From: Clostridiales bacterium Firm_11
GTDB taxonomy: Bacteria > Bacillota > Clostridia > Christensenellales > Aristaeellaceae
Direction: 5' to 3'
Assembly: GCA_001604105.1 (NCBI GenBank)
Contig: LVAQ01000011.1
Location: 25,640 to 89,639, forward strand
DNA: 64,000 bases
The stretch's first letter is position 1, and each line of letters starts with the position of its first letter. Position numbers and translations under genes: made by a program. The notes beneath the pieces are model-generated. The model worked only from the letters and a program-made list of their open reading frames with translations. It ran no database searches and was not told where the DNA came from. Positions 55,645 to 64,000 of the stretch are shown here, piece after piece.

Positions 55645-57543
55645 CTATTGCGCAAATTCGTCTCCGCTTACGCCATAGAGGGGTAGATTGCCGCCACTCT
55701 TGGGTTCTAGCGTAACAGTATGGTAGTAACGCCTACTGGCGACTTCAAACAATCCCGTTCGGCTGAAGACACTTTGCTCGCCAAAGATTGTCTCTTCTCC
55801 ATACCAGGTTACGCCTACTGCGATTAACAGGTAGTAATCACCCTGCGGAACGCGCACCGTGCAGGATTTGCCGGGTTGGATGAATCCACTGACCGCAAAC
55901 GCATCCGAATAATAAGAACGCAGCTGGATATATCGCCCTTGACCATCTTTGGGTGCTTTGATGATAATCTTCGTTCCACTGGTAGACCCGCTCAAGCGTC
56001 CGCTCTTTGGGTAGTCTAGCGCCGCGGCTTCCGGCAAGTCTTCTACCTGCGCCTTGAAGTCACGCAATACTTCGACGCAGTTATAGCGCGCTACATAGGC
56101 CTCGTATGCGTCACTCCGCTTTCCCTGCGCGATATCGTCAACACTCAGCGTCAGCGTGAATTTCTCATTAGCTTTCTTTCGCATAGTAAAGGAGTTTGAC
56201 GCCAGCGCATTGATGAAAACCCCATCCAGTGCATCGCCGCTGGCACGGATGCTTGCGGGTTGTTTCGCAACGGTACTGAGCGCCTGCTTGGATGCGTTTT
56301 TCAGCAGATCCTCCGGATGAATGCTCACACAGGTGAATGTGAGCGAGTACGGTCCGTTTTTTGCGCTCAGCGTTTGTTTGGTTTGTCCATAAAACAGCGG
56401 TGCCCACACTTGCGGCGTGCATCCTGAAAACAACGCATCATTTTGCTCAATCCAATGGCTGAATGCATCTGTAGTGACCAGCAAATCCTCCGATTGTTTT
56501 ACTTTTTCGATTGGCGAAGGTAACAGCCAATCTTTGAGCGCCGCCTTGACGCGTTTGTCTCCAAACGCCTTTTGCGCAGCGGCAGCCGCCTTGGTAACAA
56601 CCGTATCCATGGCTTTCAAACTCTTGGCGGTAAAAGCTTGTTCCTCCAAAACCAAAGTAATATCCAGATCAAAGGTGGATGCATTCTTCATCAACTGTTG
56701 AAGCGCGTCGGTTTCACCCTCTTCAAGGCTCTTGGGTTTCGGATCAAAGCTCCGCAGCTGGAAAGAAACATTATCGTCCTCTACAGACAGGTTCTGAAAA
56801 CCTGCTTCATACACCGCTTTAACCCATGGTTTCTTGCTTGCGGCTTCGCCACGCTGTACCAGTGCTGCGTGCAGCATTTCCCGAACCCAATCTTTCGTAG
56901 TTGGCGTTATGGTAGCGGTGGGTTCTGGCGAAGCCGTATGGGTAGGCGCAAGTTCAGGTTGCAAAGTTTGCGGCGTCGGTTCTGTTGTTAATGGTTCTGC
57001 ATGATCGCCTACATCGGCAGAGGCATCCGCTGGCATCTCTCGAGTGGATGGGGCTTTTGCCAGCGACACCACAATTCGTTCTCCCGGCCGTTCCGTATCG
57101 ATCATCAGTTGTGCGTTTTCCAACGCGGATGCATCCTTGTCCTTCAAGTAATAAATCAGTTCCATGGTATCTTGCGGCGTTGCGGACAGTTTCCCATCAG
57201 CATCAACTGTCACATCACGCAAGCGCCACATATAGGGCGCATACTCGTCACTGTTAGCATCCCGCAGTGCAAATTCGGTATAATATGTTTGGATGTCATC
57301 TACATCCATGCCTTGGGTAAGCGCTGTCAATTCCACAACAACAAGCAAACCATCGGTGGGCGCGTCTTCCATCGCAACCAACGCAGGGTCGCTCGATGCT
57401 AGTGTCACATCCAACACATACGCGCGCCACGGGAATACTGTGCCCGCTTCTGCCGTCGCGCCGGAGCAAAGCAGTAGCACAAGCAATGCTGCCAGAAGCG
57501 GCAGGAAGGGGAATCCGCCGATGAATCGATTTTGCGTTTTCAT
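55645..57543 (-). CDS. Secreted multidomain hypothetical protein (632 aa)
   Basis: ORF trimmed to ATG 57543, 8 nt after AAGGAG. Signal peptide ..LLLCSGATAEA, an N-terminal beta-sandwich-like domain, a P/T-rich linker, a large central domain and a C-terminal ~110-aa beta-rich domain (GRYIQLRSYY...GDYYLLIAVGVTWYGEE). Confidence 0.65.
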   Translation of the reverse strand: MKTQNRFIGGFPFLPLLAALLVLLLCSGATAEAGTVFPWRAYVLDVTLASSDPALVAMEDAPTDGLLVVVELTALTQGMDVDDIQTYYTEFALRDANSDEYAPYMWRLRDVTVDADGKLSATPQDTMELIYYLKDKDASALENAQLMIDTERPGERIVVSLAKAPSTREMPADASADVGDHAEPLTTEPTPQTLQPELAPTHTASPEPTATITPTTKDWVREMLHAALVQRGEAASKKPWVKAVYEAGFQNLSVEDDNVSFQLRSFDPKPKSLEEGETDALQQLMKNASTFDLDITLVLEEQAFTAKSLKAMDTVVTKAAAAAQKAFGDKRVKAALKDWLLPSPIEKVKQSEDLLVTTDAFSHWIEQNDALFSGCTPQVWAPLFYGQTKQTLSAKNGPYSLTFTCVSIHPEDLLKNASKQALSTVAKQPASIRASGDALDGVFINALASNSFTMRKKANEKFTLTLSVDDIAQGKRSDAYEAYVARYNCVEVLRDFKAQVEDLPEAAALDYPKSGRLSGSTSGTKIIIKAPKDGQGRYIQLRSYYSDAFAVSGFIQPGKSCTVRVPQGDYYLLIAVGVTWYGEETIFGEQSVFSRTGLFEVASRRYYHTVTLEPKSGGNLPLYGVSGDEFAQ

Positions 57544-57627
57544 GTTTCCGACTCCTTTCATGTTCGCCCATTCAAGTTCTGCACTATATGCGGTTGTTGC
57601 TGAATCGAATAAACCTTACTAGCGACG

Positions 57628-59169
57628 CTATGCCTCGCCGTATCGCCTGATCAGCCTATCATGGACTTCCTGCAGTATCGACAGTACATTCGCGCGATTT
57701 CCCGCACCCCCAATTCCTTGCGCCCAGAGCTTGTCAAATGAGGTTTGAAATTCTCGCAGAAGCATTGTCTGATCGGAATGAATCAGCACCGGTTCCGGAT
57801 TATTCCAGTGGTTGATGCACAAGCTGTTGTTCTGTTTGATATGCCAGCAGTTATTCTGATGCAGCACGGCAAGTTCATCCAGAATCAGCAGGTGGAAGTT
57901 TGGTGCATTTTCCAGATACGAAATATAGCCCTTCAGGATCGCTGCACACCCTGCCGCATCCAGATCAACATACCCTCTTTCCATGAAGTACAGTCCAGCC
58001 ATTCTGCAGCTCCCTGACTGTACGATGGCGTTTAGACGTTCCAGCGAGATGATTTCCCGGAAGATCGTCCCTCCGGCAAGCGTTGTATCAAAGTCGCGCT
58101 TAAACCGAGCAAACTCTGCGCTTCGCCATGCAAACTCCGTAGCGTCATGCCCCCTTGTGTGCAAGAAATGCGCATATGCATCCGGCTGCATGTACATTGG
58201 GTTGATACTGTCCTTCACCACATCCAAAGCGCCGGGCGTACAAAACTCCATGTACAGAAGCTCCAGAATGTTACGGGAATAATTATCATCATAAAGGTTC
58301 AGGATCGGTTGTGCGTAGCGCCATGCAGTTTCAAAGCTTGCCTCCGTTTGTGCGACAAAATCTACATCCCGCACGATGGTTGCCACAGGCGTGGCGTTGC
58401 TGCCTGTCGTTTCGGTCACCAGCATTGCAAAAGTGTTGGGAATGATGATATGCAACTGATTCGTTACGGTCTGCGTCATGCCATGTACGACCGAAAGGCT
58501 TATGTTGCCGGTCACCAGTGCGCTCATATAGGCATCCATGATTAACGACATCGCCTGCGTGTTTCCCGAGACACAAACCACAACGCGGAAATGGATTTTT
58601 TTGCTCTCCACCATGCCCAGCAACAAAGCGACCATATCTTCGTAAGTGATTGTCACAATCTGATCATTCGACAAAAATAAATCCACTGTTGCACCCTGCG
58701 GTAGCGCTTCCATAACGGGGCGTAAGGAGAGCACCATTTGTAAAATGCCGGTTCGTACGAAAGGCGCAAAAGGGTCGGTCGATACCAGTTCCTGCTGCGC
58801 CGAATGTTCCGCTGTATACGCCATCTCTTTAGGCGCCACTGTACCGAGATTATGTTGAAGGGTAACGCCATCACTTGCCAGCCAAATCACCAGGTTGCGT
58901 TTGAGGTGATAAACGGTGGTGAGGTCTGTGGGCAAACCGGCGGCGCGAAACTGATCCCGAAACCAGTTCATATCCTTCATACGCTGGCTATGGCGCAGAA
59001 TGTATTCGGCAATGGCATCCATTTGTGCGCTAGCCGCCAGCAATCTCCTTTGGCCGGATAGATAGCGGCTAATCACAGACGGATCGATATCCAGCGCACG
59101 TGCCAGTTGCAAGTTTGTTAATCCATGGTAGGCCAGCACTGCTCGCAGGTTGTGGTTAGGCGCCGACAC
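57628..59169 (-). CDS. Large HTH (XRE-like) domain protein, C-terminal ~440 aa of unknown family
   Basis: ORF trimmed to GTG 59169, 8 nt after AAAGGAGG. LTNLQLARALDIDPSVISRYLSGQRRL HTH. Confidence 0.65.
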   Translation of the reverse strand: MSAPNHNLRAVLAYHGLTNLQLARALDIDPSVISRYLSGQRRLLAASAQMDAIAEYILRHSQRMKDMNWFRDQFRAAGLPTDLTTVYHLKRNLVIWLASDGVTLQHNLGTVAPKEMAYTAEHSAQQELVSTDPFAPFVRTGILQMVLSLRPVMEALPQGATVDLFLSNDQIVTITYEDMVALLLGMVESKKIHFRVVVCVSGNTQAMSLIMDAYMSALVTGNISLSVVHGMTQTVTNQLHIIIPNTFAMLVTETTGSNATPVATIVRDVDFVAQTEASFETAWRYAQPILNLYDDNYSRNILELLYMEFCTPGALDVVKDSINPMYMQPDAYAHFLHTRGHDATEFAWRSAEFARFKRDFDTTLAGGTIFREIISLERLNAIVQSGSCRMAGLYFMERGYVDLDAAGCAAILKGYISYLENAPNFHLLILDELAVLHQNNCWHIKQNNSLCINHWNNPEPVLIHSDQTMLLREFQTSFDKLWAQGIGGAGNRANVLSILQEVHDRLIRRYGEA

Positions 59170-59403
59170 TGGAAACACCTCCTTTCGCGTAGCCTGTACC
59201 CGAAATGCAGCATCGGCCGCAGTGGATGAACGCGTTTATACTCGGTAAAATCAAGCGGCAGTATCCATAACACATCAGCATGATTATCCTCTTTAATGTT
59301 TGATGATGGCTGACCCAACTATGCTTTTCGATATCATAATCGTCAAACACAGGACGTCACGTAACGAATGTCGATCAATTGAACAACAATCATCCGACGC
59401 ATA

Positions 59404-59427
59404 CCGCGCTGTAGGCATACAGCGCGG
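59404..59427 (-). terminator. Hairpin downstream of the 287-aa secreted-protein gene
   Basis: 10-bp perfect stem ccgcgctgta / tacagcgcgg with a 4-nt loop and a weak U-tract. Confidence 0.5.
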
Positions 59428-59523
59428 CTCACTGTACACGCATCCAGAAACGTTCACCAGTCAACGGGTTATACTTTCTTGTCTGATGCTGCCTGTTTGT
59501 CCGATGCGCACAGGCTGGGTATT

Positions 59524-60387
59524 CTATGGCGTAATAACCAATGCTTGATTGACAAGTGAAAAAGTTGCGGCTTCAGGGGCGAGCGTTGGACAACTGAAGA
59601 TATAGCAGCCCATAGTACGCGTGATCCACGCCACTTGAACCGCATATGGCGTACCATCAATTTCGAGCACCGCGCTTTCGCCAATGATGCCGATTTCATC
59701 TACCGCACTGTCAAAATCCAAAGATGTTGTGTATCTGAAGGCGATCATCGGCATATCATACTGCTTGGTGTTGCGCATAGTGCCAAGCTTAAGGCCGCTC
59801 CCCTGTGTAAACCGAGACCCGCCATTGTGTTCGGTCGTTCCAATTCGTGTATGCACAATGACGCTATCATTTTGCCTAAGGAACTCGTCAGCCGCAAGAG
59901 GCGTGAGGGTAATCATGCTGCCATCCGATGCGGTAAACTGTGCCGGGGTCTGGTTGGTCGCGCTCCCCGTACTTTCTTGCGAGATGCCTTCTTCGACCGT
60001 TTCGGGCTTGCTGAACTGCAAGAGGAGCGTATCTGCCGATAGCGTCTTGGGGATACTGAACGTATAAAACAGGTAGGGTTCATTTACGCTGACCATGCTT
60101 GCGCTGGGGGCATAAGCGTACCCCGATGCATCCACCAGCGCGATTTCCTCAAACAATCGGGAGCGTAGGTCATCATCTTTCCAAAGAGATTCCGCTACCT
60201 GCAGTTTTATCTGCGCCGCGTATTCACTATCTGATAAACCCACTGGTACCAGCATGGGACGGTCGTCCAGTTCCAGAAATGTAATGGCTTGTCCATTCCA
60301 TACATAGTCCTTGTCCATTGCCTGCGCGTTTGGCAAAACCAGAACCATCAGCAGCAGGATTGCCAGTATGATTGACAGTCGTTTCAT
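59524..60387 (-). CDS. Secreted hypothetical protein (287 aa)
   Basis: ORF trimmed to ATG 60387, 8 nt after GGAGG. Signal peptide MKRLSIILAILLLMVLVLPNAQA. Two beta-rich halves. Its N-domain shares an E(F/I)AL.DA...YAP motif with the 632-aa protein. Confidence 0.6.
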   Translation of the reverse strand: MKRLSIILAILLLMVLVLPNAQAMDKDYVWNGQAITFLELDDRPMLVPVGLSDSEYAAQIKLQVAESLWKDDDLRSRLFEEIALVDASGYAYAPSASMVSVNEPYLFYTFSIPKTLSADTLLLQFSKPETVEEGISQESTGSATNQTPAQFTASDGSMITLTPLAADEFLRQNDSVIVHTRIGTTEHNGGSRFTQGSGLKLGTMRNTKQYDMPMIAFRYTTSLDFDSAVDEIGIIGESAVLEIDGTPYAVQVAWITRTMGCYIFSCPTLAPEAATFSLVNQALVITP

Positions 60388-60597
60388 GGATGAATCCTCC
60401 TTCTTCGTCATGCACGCATTGCGCTTGTCCTTTGATAATGGTTGGGATATCACAGGCCATCATGAGAAGTATGCGCGAACAAGATGGTTTTCCAGCGCTT
60501 CATCCTCCCACGCAGCAAGCATAGTCAAATGCAGTGTTGAAACCCAATGCCTGTCAATGTCACTTCATCATTGCTTGTATTGTAACAGACCACAAAT

Positions 60598-60630
60598 GTC
60601 AAAAGGTGTGCTGCATGCACACCTTTTGAC
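60598..60630 (-). terminator. Terminator downstream of the kinase gene
   Basis: 14-bp perfect stem gtcaaaaggtgtgc / gcacaccttttgac, 17 nt after the stop. Confidence 0.65.
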
Positions 60631-60646
60631 AGATTTATAAATCGTG

Positions 60647-62254
60647 CTAAATACCAATGACCGCTATTCCCGTTCCTTCCAGCAATACTGTCAGGCGAGC
60701 ATGCAATTCACCGCTTGCATAGACTGTATCAAGCGTGGATACATTTTGAAGCCCATCCAGCTGCATAATTTCTGTGTCACGCAAATCCAATGTTTTTAGG
60801 CAGGTAAAACGGTCTATCCCTTGTAAGTCTTGAAGCTTCAACCTGCTGAGGTAGAGATTTTGAACGGAACTAAACGCGGTCAAATTCTCGATTCGATTAA
60901 TGAGCGTTGCGCCAACATCAATCACGGATAACTTTTCACAACGGGCAAGCGAAGACAGATCGGATACATTTGTGTCATACAAACTAAGCTGGCGTAAGTT
61001 TTTCAATTCAGAAAGGGGCGTTAAATCCGTTGCGTTCGTATGGCGCAAGCAAAGCACTTGCAGATACGGTAAGGTTTCAATGCCGGATAAATCCTCCAAA
61101 CGCTGGTAGGATAGCTCGATCTCCTCTAAATTCGGTAACAGTGCAAAATCATGCAGCGAAACAATATCACCGCGTGTATGGCGTTTTGCATCACCAAGGC
61201 CCTCTGGAAACGAATTCGATGCTTCTGCAACCTCTGTTCCAAAAATAAACAGTTTTCTCACCACATTCAGTTTTTCGGTGGTAAGCTGCTCATTTGCATC
61301 GACGCCTAACTGAATCCGAACGGCCGCTTCTATCAGCGGTTCATGAAACACAATCGTCACCGGCACGGGTGAGAACAGGGTTGTAAACCTGCCTAACGTA
61401 AATCCCGTGCCCAGCAATACCCCCACAGCAAGAATGACGCTCGCCGCGCGCACAACACGGCGGCTCGGATGTTCCCTCGCATGCCATAACGCTTTTTGGA
61501 GTGACTTCGTATTCTCAAAACGATCCTGCGGTGCAAATGCTGTACACCGCTCAATGATTCTGCGCATTGCCCGGCTATTCGCGTTGGGCAAGCATGTGTC
61601 GCAATGCGTCATCAAAAAACGCATTAACACACCAAACGAATAGATGTCCGCGCGGGCATCCGTTTGGGTGAACCCGTATTGTTCCGGCGGTGCGTAATAA
61701 CGCGTACCCAGAGTTTGGGTATCTGTTTCCAAGCCGTCTTGATACTGTCGCGCGATATCAAAATCGATCAGCACCGCCTGACCATCCGGGCGGATGATCA
61801 CATTCTGTGGTTTGATGTCACGGTGGATGATTGGCTGCTCCCTTTCGTGCAGGCATCGCAGCAGACTGCAAAGCTGATCGCAAATCTGCATTACGCGCCG
61901 CTGACTCAATCGGTTATCCGTCACGTAACGATCCAAAGGTTCCCCAACAATATATTCGCGGATTGATATATGCATCTGACTGTTACGATAAGACTCTATG
62001 AAAGCCGGAAATCCCTGATCACATAATCCGGAGAGGATAACATCCTCGTGTACATCGGGATAAACCGTAAGATCGTAACACTTGGCTATGTAATGTGTGC
62101 CATCCGTCTTCGCACGAACAACGAATGTTTCCGTGCCATGACCATGAGCAAGGCATTCCATGGGCGTATATCCTGCCAAAAACGCGTCAGGGTAACCTGT
62201 CGCGTCAAACAAGCCAGCAACATCCGTAATCTTTCGCGTTTCAGCGGAGCTCAC
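60647..62254 (-). CDS. Hanks-type Ser/Thr protein kinase - single TM - extracellular leucine-rich-repeat domain
   Basis: 535 aa. GTG start overlaps the upstream stop (GTGA), with GGAGG 9 nt upstream. YIAKCY (Lys), HRDIKPQN, DFDIAR, YYAPPE. TM at aa 267-288 after a basic patch. Six to seven 22-residue LRRs at aa ~365-515 (LPNLEEIELSYQRLEDLSGIET / LPYLQVLCLRHTNATDLTPLSE / LKNLRQLSLYDTNVSDLSSLAR ...). Confidence 0.85.
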   Translation of the reverse strand: MSSAETRKITDVAGLFDATGYPDAFLAGYTPMECLAHGHGTETFVVRAKTDGTHYIAKCYDLTVYPDVHEDVILSGLCDQGFPAFIESYRNSQMHISIREYIVGEPLDRYVTDNRLSQRRVMQICDQLCSLLRCLHEREQPIIHRDIKPQNVIIRPDGQAVLIDFDIARQYQDGLETDTQTLGTRYYAPPEQYGFTQTDARADIYSFGVLMRFLMTHCDTCLPNANSRAMRRIIERCTAFAPQDRFENTKSLQKALWHAREHPSRRVVRAASVILAVGVLLGTGFTLGRFTTLFSPVPVTIVFHEPLIEAAVRIQLGVDANEQLTTEKLNVVRKLFIFGTEVAEASNSFPEGLGDAKRHTRGDIVSLHDFALLPNLEEIELSYQRLEDLSGIETLPYLQVLCLRHTNATDLTPLSELKNLRQLSLYDTNVSDLSSLARCEKLSVIDVGATLINRIENLTAFSSVQNLYLSRLKLQDLQGIDRFTCLKTLDLRDTEIMQLDGLQNVSTLDTVYASGELHARLTVLLEGTGIAVIGI

Positions 62255-62703
62255 TTAGGCTCGCCTCCAATCAATGGCAGCGATAGATCCATCAGCATTT
62301 GCTGGGCATCCATGAGTGAATACCCGTGTTGCAGGCAATAGCTGATGATCGCATCCCGCTGGATGCGCGGGTATAACTGGCTATGCCTCGCGTGCCGAAG
62401 CAGTGTCTGTGCAAGCTCAACATCTGCCTCAAAACCAAATGCAAGCATCAGCACTGAATCGCGTGAAGGTCTGCGCACCCCACGGAAGAGCTGATGCCCA
62501 AAGCAGCGCTCCAGCCCGGAGCGTTTTATAATACGTTCCACCACTTCCCCACGCGCGCGGCACAAGGCAGTAGCATACTCCGCAAACGAAGGCAGCCCCA
62601 ATTCACCCGCGTTAGTGTCCAAATAGGTTGTAGCGGATGGTGCTCGAAAGAGCCGTGCCCACAATGTGGTCGTGCTAACATTCTTCGTTTGCGTAGCCAT
62701 CAT
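62251..62703 (-). CDS. Small cytoplasmic protein with probable XRE-like HTH (150 aa)
   Basis: ATGATG start after AAAGGTG. ...IKRSGLERCFGHQLFRGVRRPSRDSVLMLAFGF... resembles a Cro/C1-type HTH. Translationally coupled to the kinase. Confidence 0.6.
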   Translation of the reverse strand: MMATQTKNVSTTTLWARLFRAPSATTYLDTNAGELGLPSFAEYATALCRARGEVVERIIKRSGLERCFGHQLFRGVRRPSRDSVLMLAFGFEADVELAQTLLRHARHSQLYPRIQRDAIISYCLQHGYSLMDAQQMLMDLSLPLIGGEPK

Positions 62704-63145
62704 TTACACCTTTCGCGCGACGTTTATCGTTCTCCCCGTATGTGTTCCATCAGGTACATCATTCGCTATTTCTCTCGAAAGGATACTTTCGCGAACGCTC
62801 GCTTTCACTTAGCTTGATATTCGCTTAACAATAGTAACAGTATACCACAGGATCAGAAAAAGGCAATATTTTGCTGTATCCTGAACAAGCCTATCATTTT
62901 GACTGAACATAGAAATCATGAAGTATATACAAGATAGCCCACGCACGGTATTTGCTGCTATCCTATGCAAAGCCCTTGGATGGTTGGCATGCTGCAATGC
63001 ATCGCATGGATGATTTTCTTGGGGTTATACACCGTTGCCCGTCAGTGCGAGTAAGTTCTAATGCATCACCGCTTGGCCTATAAGGTCCAACATAGCATTT
63101 TGCGAGACGAATGATGGCGTAGAAATCGAAATACATCTCTAGCCA

Positions 63146-63187
63146 TATAAAAAAGGAGCCGCCCACACGGAACGGGCAAGCTCCTTT
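63146..63187 (-). terminator. Rho-independent terminator after the DUF438 gene
   Basis: On the minus strand: aaaggagc..gccc / gggc..gctccttt stem followed by TTTTTTAT. Confidence 0.7.
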
Positions 63188-63219
63188 ATGTATTAAGGTC
63201 AGTCCATGCCTGGTACGGC

Positions 63220-64000
63220 TCACGCATCTGTTGCCAAACGCTTCTCCCCTGAGACCGCTTGAATTGGACCGATGTTCTGCGTCATTTCCAACACGCCCAG
63301 GTACTCCCCATTAGGGTCACGCACAGCAAAATAGCGGATCATGATCAGCTTGTCCCCCATTCTGATCCAGAAATCTTCATGATCCTTACGCCCTTCACGG
63401 AAGTCCTGCACCAGTTTTTCCACAATATGCACGCTGGCAGGCGGGTGGCAATTTGCTACCTTGCGGCCAATCACCGCCTTGGTGCGTGGGAATACCCGCT
63501 CCGTACCCTGAGAGAAGTAACGTACCGTGTCCTCTTTATCGACAAACGTGATATCGATGGGCAAGGTATCCAGCATGCCGACTAATTCCGCGATGTTGAG
63601 TACACCAGTAGGCAAAACAATATCCCCTGCCGGCGCTTCATCCTGGGGTGGTTGTTTCTGTGTGATAGTCGCGGGTACCCACAACGGAACCTCATCAATC
63701 AAACACAAACCGATTTCCCCGAACTCATCCGCGATATGCTTCCAATCATCTTGCGATAGATGTTCAAACAACATGGGCAACATGATGTTTTCTTCCTTGA
63801 AAATCATCTCGTTGATACTATGCACAAGCGCGTCTACCGCTTCCTGCAATTGCGCATGATTGCCTTGTTCGGCAAGCTTCATGGTTTCTTTACGCTGCGT
63901 ACGGATCTCGTCATCCACACCCCACATGACTTTGGGCGGTGCTGTGATTCCATAACGCTCCATATAAGGAAACAGTAGATTCTCCTTTTTTGCGTAATGC
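63220..64000 (-). CDS. DUF438 / hemerythrin-like / PAS domain protein (5' end outside the window)
   Basis: The frame stays open upstream of the listed Met to the window edge (..HYAKKENLLFPYMERYG..). C-terminal PAS-like block LPIDITFVDKEDTVRYFSQG...VIGRKVANCHPP... Confidence 0.8.
   Translation of the reverse strand, partial: HYAKKENLLFPYMERYGITAPPKVMWGVDDEIRTQRKETMKLAEQGNHAQLQEAVDALVHSINEMIFKEENIMLPMLFEHLSQDDWKHIADEFGEIGLCLIDEVPLWVPATITQKQPPQDEAPAGDIVLPTGVLNIAELVGMLDTLPIDITFVDKEDTVRYFSQGTERVFPRTKAVIGRKVANCHPPASVHIVEKLVQDFREGRKDHEDFWIRMGDKLIMIRYFAVRDPNGEYLGVLEMTQNIGPIQAVSGEKRLATDA

Noticed and set aside
60647-62703. HipBA-like toxin-antitoxin reading of a small HTH protein followed by a kinase.
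   Set aside because: The kinase has Hanks-type motifs (HRDIKPQN, APPE), a TM segment and an LRR ectodomain. It is not a HipA fold. The resemblance is only in gene order.
1-64000. Search for CRISPR arrays, rRNA/tRNA genes, IS elements, DGR template/variable repeats and long tandem DNA repeats.
   Set aside because: None seen. Intergenic regions are short and mostly explained by promoters and terminators. No reverse transcriptase or transposase-like ORF is present. The protein repeats in the SH3b/Ig gene and in the LRR region are diverged at the nucleotide level.

Overview
This 64-kb window is a densely coding chromosomal segment, about 50-55% GC by eye. It holds roughly 55 protein genes. I found no rRNA, tRNA, CRISPR array, IS element or prophage block. 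The gene content fits an anaerobic Bacillota (Clostridia-class) genome, though the taxon is a guess.

Most of the window is housekeeping:
- ACT + UPF0210 pair, ispE, pyrG, Lrp/LysE, lexA with a Cheo-type SOS box, mgtC and psuK/psuG.
- An mtaD + three GT4 glycosyltransferase operon, a GH65 phosphorylase and degV.
- An OmpR/HK two-component pair followed by hflK/hflC.
- ctsR-mcsA-mcsB-clpC with a textbook CtsR operator, followed by mrfA/mrfB-like repair genes.
- A puuR-like regulator with potABCD and a puuD-like amidotransferase, and mscS.

The right third (about 47.9-63.2 kb) looks more accessory. It contains an HTH-less LacI-type sensor fused to a GGDEF cyclase, divergent from a 1058-aa SH3b/Ig-repeat surface protein. 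It also contains a Crp/Fnr + Fe-S protein pair, and a minus-strand run of orphan secreted proteins, two HTH proteins and a Hanks-type kinase with a transmembrane segment and an extracellular leucine-rich-repeat domain.

I see two best candidates for poorly described or undescribed systems:
1. The four-gene operon at 6.27-11.8 kb: an anchored LTD-CotH kinase, a DUF4956 membrane protein, a VTC polyphosphate-polymerase domain protein and a secreted Cys/His protein.
2. The translationally coupled small HTH protein + LRR receptor-type Ser/Thr kinase at 60.6-62.7 kb.

All family calls come from motif recognition by eye in the supplied translations. No HMM or BLAST search was run, so they are hypotheses of varying strength. 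Start codons were re-picked from SD spacing where the supplied ORF was clearly over-extended.
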